Source: Macrostomum lignano
Lineage: Eukaryota
Assembly: GCA_002269645.1 (NCBI GenBank)
Contig: NIVC01000167.1
Span: 1 to 44,655 of the forward strand
DNA: 44,655 nucleotides
Direction: 5' to 3'
The notes under the pieces are model-generated. The model did no database searches. It was not told the DNA's origin and saw only the letters and a program-made list of their open reading frames with translations. Positions 1 to 12,076 of the stretch are shown here, piece after piece. A program made the position numbers and the translations under genes. Positions within the stretch are counted from its first letter, which is position 1. The number at the start of each line of letters is the position of its first letter.

Positions 1-23
1 AAAGAAAAGTAAAACGCCTGCAG

Positions 24-3000
24 TTTTCAACATGTAGAGCCGGGTTCAAAGCGTGTCGGTCAGCCAGCTAATAGTGGAGCAGCTTCAGACACTGACAAGG
101 TGGAGACGGATGCAGAGCGTGTCGATCAGCCAGCTAATAGTGCAGCAGCTTCAGATACTGACAAGGTGGAGCCGGATGCTGAGCGTGTCGATCAGCCAGC
201 TAAGAATGCAGCAGCTTCAGATACTGACCTGGTGGAGCCAGATGCAGAGCGTGTCGATCAGCCAGCTAATAGTGCAGCAGCTTCAAGTATTAACCAGGTG
301 GAGCCGGATGCAGAGCCAGCTAATAATGGAGCAGCTTCAGACGCTGACCAGGTGGAGCCGGATGCAGAGCGTGTCGATCAGCCAGCTAATAGTGCAGCAG
401 CTTCAGATACTGACCTGGTGGAGCCGGATGCAGAGCGTGTCGATCAGCCAGCTAATAGTGGAGCAGCTTCAGATACTGACCTGGTGGAGCCGGATGCTGA
501 GCGTGTCGATCAGCCAGCTAAGAGTGCAGCAGCTTCAGACACTGACCTGGTGGAGCCGGATGCAGAGCGTGTCGATCAGCCAGCTAATAGTGCAGCAGCT
601 TCAGATACTGACCTGGTGGAGCCAGATGCAGAGCCAGCTAATAGTGGACCAGCTTCAGATACTGACCTGGTGGAGCCAGATGCAGAGCCAGCTAATAATG
701 GAGCAGCTTCAGACACTGACCAGGTGGAGCCGGATGCAGAGCGTGTCGATCAGCCAGCTAATAGTGCAGCAGCTTCAGATACTGACAAGGTGGAGCCGGA
801 TGCAGAGCGTGTCGATCAGCCAGCTAATAGTGAAGCAGCTTCAGACGCTGACCTAGTGGAGCCGGATGCAGAGCGTGTCGATCAGCCAGCTAATAGTGGA
901 GCAGCTTCAGATACTGAAAAGGTGGAGCCGGATGCAGAGCGTATCGATCAGCCAGCTAAGAGTGCAGCAGCTTCAGATACTGACAAGGTGGAGCCGGATG
1001 CAGAGCGTGTCGATCAGCCAGCTAATAGTGCAGCAGCTTCAAGTATTAACCAGGTGGAGCCGGATACAGAGCCAGCTAATAATGGAGCAGCTTCAGACAC
1101 TGACCAGGTGGAGCGGATGCAGAGCGTGTCGATCAGCCAGCTAATAGTGCAGCAGCTTCAGATACTGACAAGGTGGAGCGGATGCAGAGCGTGTCGATCA
1201 GCCAGCTAATAGTGCAGCAGCTTCAGATACTGACCTGGTGGAGCCGGAGGCAGAGCGTGTCGATCAGCCAGCTAATAGTGCAGCAGCTTCAGACACTGAC
1301 CTGGTGGAGCCGGATGCAGAGCGTGTCGATCAGCCAGCTAATAGTGCAGCAGCTTCAGATACTGACCTGGTGGAGCCGGATGCAGAGCGTGTCGATCAGC
1401 CAGCTAATAGTGGAGCAGCTTCAGATACTGACCTGGTGGAGCCGGATGCAGAGCGTGTCGATCAGCCAGCTAATAGTGCAGCAGCTTCAGACGCTGACAA
1501 GGTGGAGCCAGAGGCAGAGCCAGCTAATAGTGGACCAGCTTCAGACACTTACCTGGTGGAGCTGGAGGCAGAGCGTGTCGATCAGCCAGCTAATAGTGCA
1601 GCAGCTTCAGATACTGACCTGGTGGAGCCGGATGCAGAGCGTGTCGATCAGCCAGCTAATAGTGGAGCAGCTTCAGATACTGACAAGGTGGAGCCGGAGG
1701 CAGAGCGTGTCGATCAGCCAGCTAATAGTGCAGCAGCTTCAGACACTGACCTGGTGGAGCCGGATGCAGAGCGTGTCGATCAGCCAGCTAATAGTGCAGC
1801 AGCTTCAGACGCTGACAAGGTGAAGCCGGAGGCAGAGCCAGCTAATAGTGGACCAGCTTCAGACACTTACCTGGTGAAGCTGGAGGCAGAGCGTGTCGAT
1901 CAGCCAGCTAATAGTGCAGCAGCTTCAGATACTGACAAGGTGGAGCCGGATGCAGAGCGTGTCGATCAGCCAGCTAATAGTGGAGCAGCTTCAGATACTG
2001 ACCTGGTGGAGCCGGATGCTGAGCGTGTCGATCAGCCAGCTAAGAGTGCAGCAGCTTCAGACACTGACCTGGTGGAGCCGGATGCAGAGCGTGTCGATCA
2101 GCCAGCTAATAGTGCAGCAGCTTCAGATACTGACCTGGTGGAGCCAGATGCAGAGCCAGCTAATAGTGGACCAGCTTCAGATACTGACCTGGTGGAGCCA
2201 GATGCCGAGCCAGCTAATAGTGCAGCAGCTTCAGATACTGACAAGGTGGAGCCGGATGCAGAGCGTGTCGATCAGCCAGTTAATAGTGCAGCAGCTTCAG
2301 ATACTGACAAGGTGGAGCCGGATGCAGAGCGTGTCGATCAGCCAGCTAATAGTGGAGCAGCTTCAGACGCTGACCTAGTGGAGCCGGATGCAGAGCGTGT
2401 CGATCAGCCAGCTAATAGTGGAGCAGCTTCAGATACTGAAAAGGTGGAGCCGGATGCAGAGCGTGTCGATCAGCCAGCTAATAGTGGAGCAGCTTCAGAT
2501 ACTGACAAGGTGGAGCGGATGCAGAGCGTGTCGATCAGCCAGCTAATAGTGCAGCAGCTTCAAGTATTAACCAGGTGGAGCCGGATACAGAGCCAGCTAA
2601 TAATGGAGCAGCTTCAGACACTGACCAGGTGGAGCCGGATGCAGAGCGTGTCGATCAGCCAGCTAATAGTGCAGCAGCTTCAGATACTGACAAGGTGGAG
2701 CCGGATGCAGAGCGTGTCGATCAGCCAGCTAATAGTGGAGCAGCTTCAGATACTGACCTGGTGGAGCCGGAGGCAGAGCGTGTCGATCAGCCAGCTAATA
2801 GTGCAGCAGCTTCAGACACTGACCTGGTGGAGCCGGATGCAGAGCGTGTCGATCAGCCAGCTAATAGTGGAGCAGCTTCAGACACTGACCTGGTGAGCCG
2901 GATGCAGAGCGTGTCGATCAGCCAGCTAATAGTGCAGCAGCTTCAGATACTGACCTGGTGGAGCCAGATGCAGAGCCAGCTAATAGTGGACCAGCTTCAG

Positions 3001-6000
3001 ATACTGACCTGGTGGAGCCAGATGCAGAGCCAGCTAATAATGGAGCAGCTTCAGACACTGACCAGGTGGAGCCGGATGCAGAGCGTGTCGATCAGCCAGC
3101 TAATAGTGCAGCAGCTTCAGATACTGACAAGGTGGAGCCGGATGCAGAGCGTGTCGATCAGCCAGCTAATAGTGAAGCAGCTTCAGACGCTGACCTAGTG
3201 GAGCCGGATGCAGAGCGTGTCGATCAGCCAGCTAATAGTGGAGCAGCTTCAGATACTGAAAAGGTGGAGCCGGATGCAGAGCGTGTCGATCAGCCAGCTA
3301 AGAGTGCAGCAGCTTCAGATACTGACAAGGTGGAGCCGGATGCAGAGCGTGTCGATCAGCCAGCTAATAGTGCAGCAGCTTCAAGTATTAACCAGGTGGA
3401 GCCGGATACAGAGCCAGCTAATAATGGAGCAGCTTCAGACACTGACCAGGTGGAGCCGGATGCAGAGCGTGTCGATCAGCCAGCTAATAGTGCAGCAGCT
3501 TCAGATACTGACAAGGTGGAGCCGGATGCAGAGCGTGTCGATCAGCCAGCTAATAGTGCAGCAGCTTCAGATACTGACCTGGTGGAGCCGGAGGCAGAGC
3601 GTGTCGATCAGCCAGCTAATAGTGCAGCAGCTTCAGACACTGACCTGGTGGAGCCGGATGCAGAGCGTGTCGATCAGCCAGCTAATAGTGCAGCAGCTTC
3701 AGATACTGACCTGGTGGAGCCGGATGCAGAGCGTGTCGATCAGCCAGCTAATAGTGGAGCAGCTTCAGATACTGACAAGGTGGAGCCAGAGGCAGAGCCA
3801 GCTAATAGTGGACCAGCTTCAGACACTTACCTGGTGGAGCTGGAGGCAGAGCGTGTCGATCAGCCAGCTAATAGTGCAGCAGCTTCAGATACTGACCTGG
3901 TGGAGCCGGATGCAGAGCGTGTCGATCAGCCAGCTAATAGTGGAGCAGCTTCAGATACTGACAAGGTGGAGCCGGAGGCAGAGCGTGTCGATCAGCCAGC
4001 TAATAGTGCAGCAGCTTCAGACACTGACCTGGTGGAGCCGGATGCAGAGCGTGTCGATCAGCCAGCTAATAGTGCAGCAGCTTCAGACGCTGACAAGGTG
4101 AAGCCGGAGGCAGAGCCAGCTAATAGTGGACCAGCTTCAGACACTTACCTGGTGAAGCTGGAGGCAGAGCGTGTCGATCAGCCAGCTAATAGTGCAGCAG
4201 CTTCAGATACTGACAAGGTGGAGCCGGATGCAGAGCGTGTCGATCAGCCAGCTAATAGTGGAGCAGCTTCAGATACTGACCTGGTGGAGCCGGATGCTGA
4301 GCGTGTCGATCAGCCAGCTAAGAGTGCAGCAGCTTCAGACACTGACCTGGTGGAGCCGGATGCAGAGCGTGTCGATCAGCCAGCTAATAGTGCAGCAGCT
4401 TCAGATACTGACCTGGTGGAGCCAGATGCAGAGCCAGCTAATAGTGGACCAGCTTCAGATACTGACCTGGTGGAGCCAGATGCAGAGCCAGCTAATAGTG
4501 CAGCAGCTTCAGATACTGACAAGGTGGAGCCGGATGCAGAGCGTGTCGATCAGCCAGTTAATAGTGCAGCAGCTTCAGATACTGACAAGGTGGAGCCGGA
4601 TGCAGAGCGTGTCGATCAGCCAGCTAATAGTGGAGCAGCTTCAGACGCTGACCTAGTGGAGCCGGATGCAGAGCGTGTCGATCAGCCAGCTAATAGTGGA
4701 GCAGCTTCAGATACTGAAAAGGTGGAGCCGGATGCAGAGCGTGTCGATCAGCCAGCTAATAGTGGAGCAGCTTCAGATACTGACAAGGTGGAGCCGGATG
4801 CAGAGCGTGTCGATCAGCCAGCTAATAGTGCAGCAGCTTCAAGTATTAACCAGGTGGAGCCGGATACAGAGCCAGCTAATAATGGAGCAGCTTCAGACAC
4901 TGACCAGGTGGAGCCGGATGCAGAGCGTGTCGATCAGCCAGCTAATAGTGCAGCAGCTTCAGATACTGACAAGGTGGAGCCGGATGCAGAGCGTGTCGAT
5001 CAGCCAGCTAATAGTGGAGCAGCTTCAGATACTGACCTGGTGGAGCCGGATGCAGAGCGGGTTGATCAGCCAGCTAATAGTGCAGCAGCTTCAGATACTG
5101 ACAAGGTGGAGCCGGATGCAGAGCGTGTCGATCAGCCAGCTAATAGTGGAGCAGCTTCAGATACTGACCTGGTGGAGCCGGAGGCAGAGCGTGTCGATCA
5201 GCCAGCTAATAGTGCAGCAGCTTCAGACACTGACCTGGTGGAGCCGGATGCAGAGCGTGTCGATCAGCCAGCTAATAGTGGAGCAGCTTCAGACACTGAC
5301 CTGGTGGAGCCGGATGCAGAGCGTGTCGATCAGCCAGCTAATAGTGCAGCAGCTTCAGATACTGACCTGGTGGAGCCAGATGCAGAGCCAGCTAATAGTG
5401 GACCAGCTTCAGATACTGACCTGGTGGAGCCAGATGCAGAGCCAGCTAATAATGGAGCAGCTTCAGACACTGACCAGGTGGAGCCGGATGCAGAGCGTGT
5501 CGATCAGCCAGCTAATAGTGCAGCAGCTTCAGATACTGACAAGGTGGAGCCGGATGCAGAGCGTGTCGATCAGCCAGCTAATAGTGAAGCAGCTTCAGAC
5601 GCTGACCTAGTGGAGCCGGATGCAGAGCGTGTCGATCAGCCAGCTAATAGTGGAGCAGCTTCAGATACTGAAAAGGTGGAGCCGGATGCAGAGCGTGTCG
5701 ATCAGCCAGCTAAGAGTGCAGCAGCTTCAGATACTGACAAGGTGGAGCCGGATGCAGAGCGTGTCGATCAGCCAGCTAATAGTGCAGCAGCTTCAAGTAT
5801 TAACCAGGTGGAGCCGGATACAGAGCCAGCTAATAATGGAGCAGCTTCAGACACTGACCAGGTGGAGCCGGATGCAGAGCGTGTCGATCAGCCAGCTAAT
5901 AGTGCAGCAGCTTCAGATACTGACAAGGTGGAGCCGGATGCAGAGCGTGTCGATCAGCCAGCTAATAGTGCAGCAGCTTCAGATACTGACCTGGTGGAGC

Positions 6001-9000
6001 CGGAGGCAGAGCGTGTCGATCAGCCAGCTAATAGTGCAGCAGCTTCAGACACTGACCTGGTGGAGCCGGATGCAGAGCGTGTCGATCAGCCAGCTAATAG
6101 TGCAGCAGCTTCAGATACTGACCTGGTGGAGCCGGATGCAGAGCGTGTCGATCAGCCAGCTAATAGTGGAGCAGCTTCAGATACTGACCTGGTGGAGCCG
6201 GATGCAGAGCGTGTCGATCAGCCAGCTAATAGTGCAGCAGCTTCAGACGCTGACAAGGTGGAGCCAGAGGCAGAGCCAGCTAATAGTGGACCAGCTTCAG
6301 ACACTTACCTGGTGGAGCTGGAGGCAGAGCGTGTCGATCAGCCAGCTAATAGTGCAGCAGCTTCAGATACTGACCTGGTGGAGCCGGATGCAGAGCGTGT
6401 CGATCAGCCAGCTAATAGTGGAGCAGCTTCAGATACTGACCTGGTGGAGCCGGAGGCAGAGCGTGTCGATCAGCCAGCTAATAGTGCAGCAGCTTCAGAC
6501 ACTGACCTGGTGGAGCCGGATGCAGAGCGTGTCGATCAGCCAGCTAATAGTGCAGCAGCTTCAGACCCTGACAAGGTGAAGCCGGAGGCAGAGCCAGCTA
6601 ATAGTGGACCAGCTTCAGACACTTACCTGTTGGAGCTGGAGGCAGAGCGTGTCGATCAGCCAGCTAATAGTGCAGCAGCTTCAGATACTGACAAGGTGGA
6701 GCCGGATGCAGAGCGTGTCGATCAGCCAGCTAATAGTGGAGCAGCTTCAGATACTGACCTGGTGGAGCCGGATGCTGAGCGTGTCGATCAGCCAGCTAAG
6801 AGTGCAGCAGCTTCAGACACTGACCTGGTGGAGCCGGATGCAGAGCGTGTCGATCAGCCAGCTAATAGTGCAGCAGCTTCAGACAGTGACCTGGTGGAGC
6901 CGGAGGCAGAGCCAGCTAATAGTGCAGCAGCTTCAGATACTGACCAGGTGGAGCCGGATGCAGAGCGTATCGATCAGCTAACTAAGAGTGTAGCAGCTTC
7001 AGGCGTTGATAAGGTGGATTTAAGTGCAGAGCCTGTTGATCACTCATCATCACAGTCCAGGGTAGTTACAGGTGTTTACCATGTAGAGCCAATGGCAGGG
7101 CATTTCGTTCAGCCAGCTAAGAGTGAAGCACCTGTAGGTATTAACCAAGTGAAGCCCGGTGCAGAGCTTAATGATCAGTCAACTAATAGTGGATTGGAAT
7201 CTGGTGTTTACGAGGTGGAACCGGAAGTAGAGCGTGTTGATCAATCATCTCAGTCCAGAGCAGTCGCAGGTGTTGACCAGGTGGAGCCGGATGCAGAGCG
7301 TGTCGATCAGCCAGCTAATAGTGCAGCAGCTTCAGGTATTAACCAGGTGGAGCCGGATGCAGAGCCAGCTAATAATGGAGCAGCTTCAGACACTGACCAG
7401 GTGGAGCCGGATGCAGAGCGTGTCGATCAGCCAGCTAATAGTGCAGCAGCTTCAGACGCTGACAAGGTGGAGCCGGAGGCAGAGCCAGCTAATAGTGCAG
7501 CAGCTTCAGACACTGACCTGGTGGAGCCGGAGGCAGAGCGTGTCGATCAGCCAGCTAATAGTGCAGCAGCTTCAGACACTGACCTGGTGGAGCCGGATGC
7601 AGAGCGTGTCGATCAGCCAGCTAATAGTGGAGCAGCTTCAGACACTGACCTGGTGGAGCCGGATGCAGAGCATGTCGATCAGCCAGCTAATAGTGCAGCA
7701 GCTTCAGACGCTGACCTGGTGGAGCCGGATGCAGAGCGTGTCGATCAGCCAGCTAATAGTGCAGCAGCTTCAGACGCTGACAAGGTGGAGCCGGAGGCAG
7801 AGCCAGCTAATAGTGCAGCAGCTTCAGACACTGACCTGGTGGAGCCGGAGGCAGAGCCAGCTAATAGTGCAGCAGCTTCAGACACTGACCTGGTGGAGCC
7901 GGAGGCAGAGCCAGCTAATAGTGCAGCAGCTTCAGATACTGACCTGGTGGAGCCGGAGGCAGAGCCAGCTAATAGTGCAGCAGCTTCAGACAGTGACCTG
8001 GTGGAGCCGGAGGCAGAGCCAGCTAATAGTGCAGCAGCTTCAGACACTGACCTGGTGGAGCTGGAGGCAGAGCCAGCTAATAGTGCAGCAGCTTCAGACA
8101 CTGACCTGGTGGAGCCGGATGCAGAGCGTGTCGATCAGCCAGCTAATAGTGCAGCAGCTTCAGATACTGACAAGGTGGAGCCGGATGCAGAGCGTGTCGA
8201 TCAGCCAGCTAATAGTGCAGCAGCTTCAGACACTGACCTGGTGGAGCCGGAGGCAGAGCCAGCTAATAGTGCAGCAGCTTCAGATACTGACCTGGTGGAG
8301 CCGGAGGCAGAGCCAGCTAATAGTGCAGCAGCTTCAGACACTGACCTGGTGGAGCTGGAGGCAGAGCCAGCTAATAGTGCAGCAGCTTCAGACACTGACC
8401 TGGTGGAGCCGGATGCAGAGCGTGTCGATCAGCCAGCTAATAGTGCAGCAGCTTCAGATACTGACAAGGTGGAGCCGGATGCAGAGCGTGTCGATCAGCC
8501 AGCTAATAGTGCAGCAGCTTCAGACACGGACCTGGTGGAGCCGGATGCAGAGCGTGTCGATCAGCCAGCTAATAGTGGAGCAGCTTCAGATACTGACAAG
8601 GTGGAGCCGGATGTAGAGCGTGTCGATCAGCCAGCTAATAGTGGAGCAGCTTCAGACACTGACCTGGTGGAGCCGGATGCAGAGCGTGTCGATCAGCCAG
8701 CTAATAGTGGAGCAGCTTCAGATACTGACAAGGTGGAGCCGGATGCAGAGCGTGTCGATCAGCCAGCTAATAGTGCAGCAGCTTCAGGTATTAACCAGGT
8801 GGAGCCGGATGCAGAGCCAGCTAATAATGGAGCAGCTTCAGACACTGACCTGGTGGAGCCGGATGCAGAGCGTGTCGATCAGCCAGCTAATAGTGCAGCA
8901 GCTTCAGACGCTGACAAGGTGGAGCCGGAGGCAGAGCCAGCTAATAGTGCAGCAGCTTCAGACACTGACCTGGTGGAGCCGGAGGCAGAGCCAGCTAATA

Positions 9001-9962
9001 GTGCAGCAGCTTCAGACACTGACCTGGTGGAGCCGGAGGCAGAGCCAGCTAATAGTGCAGCAGCTTCAGACACTGACCTGGTGGAGCCGGAGGCAGAGCC
9101 AGCTAATAGTGCAGCAGCTTCAGACAGTGACCTGGTGGAGCCGGAGGCAGAGCCAGCTAATAGTGCAGCAGCTTCAGATACTGACCAGGTGGAGCCGGAT
9201 GCAGAGCGTATCGATCAGCTAACTAAGAGTGTAGCAGCTTCAGGCGTTGATAAGGTGGATTTAAGTGCAGAGCCTGTTGATCACTCATCATCACAGTCCA
9301 GGGTAGTTACAGGTGTTTACCATGTAGAGCCAAAGGCAGGGCATTTCGTTCAGCCAGCTAAGAGTGAAGCACCTGTAGGTATTAACCAAGTGAAGCCCGG
9401 TGCAGAGCTTAATGATCAGTCAACTAATAGTGGATTGGAATCTGGTGTTTACGAGGTGGAACCGGAAGTAGAGCGTGTTGATCAATCATCTCAGTCCAGA
9501 GCAGTCGCAGGTGTTGACCAGGTGGAGCTAAATGCGGAACGTGTTGATCATCAAGATAAGAGTAAAGCAGCTTCAGGCGTTGACCAGGTGCATCCAGGTG
9601 CAGAGCGTGTTGATCAATCATCTCAGTCCAGTGCATTCGCAGGTGTTGACCAGGTGGAGCCGGATGCAGAGCGTGTCGATCAGCCAGCTAATAGTGCAGC
9701 AGCTTCAGGTATTAACCAGGTGGAGCCGGATGCAGAGCCAGCTAATAATGGAGCAGCTTCAGACACTGACCAGGTGGAGCCGGATGCAGAGCGTGTCGAT
9801 CAGCCAGCTAATAGTGCAGCAGCTTCAGACACGGACCTGGTGGAGCCGGATGCAGAGCGTGTCGATCAGCCAGCTAATAGTGGAGCAGCTTCAGATACTG
9901 ACAAGGTGGAGTCGGATGCAGACCGCATCGATTCCGGTGACCAAAAAGTGAGAGCTAAATAA
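24..9962 (+). CDS. Giant exon/ORF of an acidic low-complexity repeat protein (~3,300 aa; units VEPDAERVDQPANSAAASDTD[K/L], 22 aa, and VEPDAEPANSGPASDTDL, 18 aa). N-terminus probably lies outside the window. Interrupted by four 1-nt deletions (~1114, ~1179, ~2516, ~2895).
   Basis: ORF track pieces 100-1209, 1238-2896, 2575-3198 and 2958-9962 (2334 aa uninterrupted) encode the same repeat. Unit lengths are multiples of 3, and all three minus frames hit a stop in every long unit. A candidate acceptor ctgcag ends at 23. The frame ends at TAA 9960-9962 or at candidate donor GTGAGA 9948. Confidence 0.75.
40..9915 (+). repeat. Coding tandem array of 66-nt and 54-nt units with ~2.2-2.4-kb higher-order repeats
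   Basis: Unit gtggagccggatgcagagcgtgtcgatcagccagctaatagtgcagcagcttcagatactgac(aag/ctg); the short unit lacks cgtgtcgatcag. The rare variant tcaagtattaac recurs at ~283/1041, 2561/3381 and 4841/5793. Confidence 0.95.
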
Positions 9963-10053
9963 TTTTTTGAACGTTGTAAATTTTAGCATTTAGGCATTTA
10001 ATTACTGAAGGAGTTTAAAATTTGTTTCGAATTGGCTGTGCTCTGATTTACAG

Positions 10054-10113
10054 AGTTCTACGCTGTCGGCACTGTTTGCTCGCACCCTGCGACGCGGGTG
10101 CTGCCCGCTGTAG
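10054..10113 (+). CDS. Putative terminal exon of the acidic repeat protein: SSTLSALFARTLRRGCCPL*
   Basis: Phase-0 donor AAA|GTGAGA at 9947/9948, a 106-nt AT-rich intron, and acceptor ctctgatttacag ending 10053. The GC-rich 60 nt that follow are in frame and end at TAG 10111-10113. Confidence 0.55.
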   Translation, partial: SSTLSALFARTLRRGCCPL

Positions 10114-10415
10114 CTGTGCGGGACAGACAAACTTCAAGAGAAAAAAGTAAAATTAGTAATAATTGTGCGCTGATTGGCAGCAATCGTAGAGAGCTGCGTT
10201 TACCTTAAGACTGAAAATTTTCATTGAGATCGATTTGTCGCTGAAAATTATATTTGATCCTAAATTTTCAATCAATGTTGCGATCTCGATATTACATTTG
10301 ATTACTGTTACCTGTAGCGCGTAGTTTGCATCACAGCTTATGAGCTGTCGCTTCTCCGACCTTATTTATCCCCAAGAAGTTGGGATACTATAGTTTTAAA
10401 GCAGGATTCAGTCAT

Positions 10416-11220
10416 GAGAAACAGGGATCCAATCTCCATAGGAAATAGGGATACTATCCCCATGCAAAAAGGGATACCATCCCCATGGGAAACAGGGACA
10501 CCATCCCCATGGGAAACAGAGGCACCATCCCCATGGGAAACAGGGACACCATCCCCATGGGAAACAGAGACACCATCCCCATGGGAAACAGGGACACCAT
10601 CCCATGGGAAACAGAGACACCATCCCCATGGGAAACAGGGACACCATCCCCATGGGAAACAGGGACACCATCCCCATGGGAAACAGAGACACCATCCCCA
10701 TGGGAAACAGGGACACCATCCCCATGGGAAACAGGGACACCATCCCCATGGGAAACAGAGACACCATCCCCATGGGAAACAGGGACACCATCCCCATGGG
10801 AAACAGAGACACCATCCCCATGGGAAACAGGGACACCATCCCCATGGGAAACAGGGACACCATCCCCATGGGAAACAGGGACACCATCCCCATGGGAAAC
10901 AGGGACACCATCCCCATGGGAAACAGGGATACCATCCCCATGGGAAACAGGGACACCATCCCCATGGGAAACAGGGACACCATCCCCATGGGAAACAGGG
11001 ACACCATCCCCATGGGAAACAGGGACACCATCCCCATGGGAAACAGGGACACCATCCCCATGGGAAACAGGGACACCATCCCCATGGGAAACAGGGACAC
11101 CATCCCCATGGGAAACAGAGACACCATCCCCATGGGAAACAGAGACACCATCCCCATGGGAAACAGGGACACCATCCCCATGGGAAACAGGGACACCATC
11201 CCCATGGGAAACAGGGACAC
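10416..11220. repeat. 24-bp minisatellite (ccatccccatgggaaacagggaca)n, ~33 copies
   Basis: Directly visible. It explains the six overlapping ORFs (MGNRDTIP, WETGTPSP, HGKQGHHP and reverse frames). Confidence 0.97.
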
Positions 11221-12076
11221 AATACCTATCATAGACCCAGCTCGCCGCACTGCCGCTTCGCAGGTGTGCCCGCTGTCAGCCAGGGGGCTCCGTCGTGCCG
11301 CTCTGCCTCTTCGCCTCTGTTTTCAACGCGAGCGAAAACTCGGTGGCGGGTATTGAGCTATAAACCTAATTAGAAGTTTTACAAGTATTTTTATACTATT
11401 TTTTGATTGTTTGACGGCAAACAGTTTTGTTTAAAATACCTCAATTTTCGTGAATTGAACTTTTCAACTTTTTTACCCGCAATCATTTTGATCTAACAGT
11501 TTAATTGATATAGTGTAATAATTCAATTTGATTCATTCATTCAAAGTTTTTCTGTTTTTTTGATAGATTTTTTCCTAAGTTTGATTAGTTTTTGATTGCA
11601 GCATTTAAAATTAGATAAAAATTGACAAAAATTGGTGCTTTCGTCTCGAGTTAACTTATTTCTACGATTTACTCCTTGAGCAACTTGTCTACGACTTTTT
11701 AGATTAATATTATTCTACACATACTGCTGATTAATACGATAGTTCATTGTTTAAACATTTCTATACTATGCACTGGTTTTATTGTATTAAATTAATTTTT
11801 GTCAAATACAATCCCAGTCCTTGGCAAAACTTGTTTCTATTCAACTTCTCCATGGTGACAAAATGTTTGTTTTGCATTAGTTGATTACTTAGAGTAGTAA
11901 GTATTGAGGCTTTATGTGGTGATTGACCTAAAAAGCCGGGCCGTTTAGGGACTGCATAGCTCTGTTTCCATTAGCACAGAAAACTTCCCCGAACTTATTT
12001 GATTGCTTCTAGAGGATATGCCTCGCAGTGGAATAATACTAATGTGCTTTTCTCAGCCATTGCTTCAGAATTAGCA

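Noticed and set aside
1110-2900. Four frameshifts in the acidic repeat ORF, suggesting a pseudogene or programmed frameshifting
   Set aside because: All are 1-nt contractions of a dinucleotide run (gagccgg to gagcgg three times; gtggag to gtgag), and equivalent positions in other higher-order copies are intact. This is typical of long-read consensus error; raw reads are needed to exclude real mutations.
53-9951. Long alternative-frame ORFs (MQSVSISQLIVQQLQILTRWSR repeats, up to 460 aa) as dual coding
   Set aside because: They are shadows of a stop-poor 66-nt unit and are broken wherever a variant synonymous or conservative in the main frame creates a stop.
1-9962. Identification of either giant repeat protein as a known flatworm adhesive protein
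   Set aside because: The repeat composition here (acidic A/D/E/S/P; E/R blocks) does not match the Lys/Arg-rich or Thr-rich, vWD/TIL-flanked adhesives as I know them, and no such domains are visible in the window.
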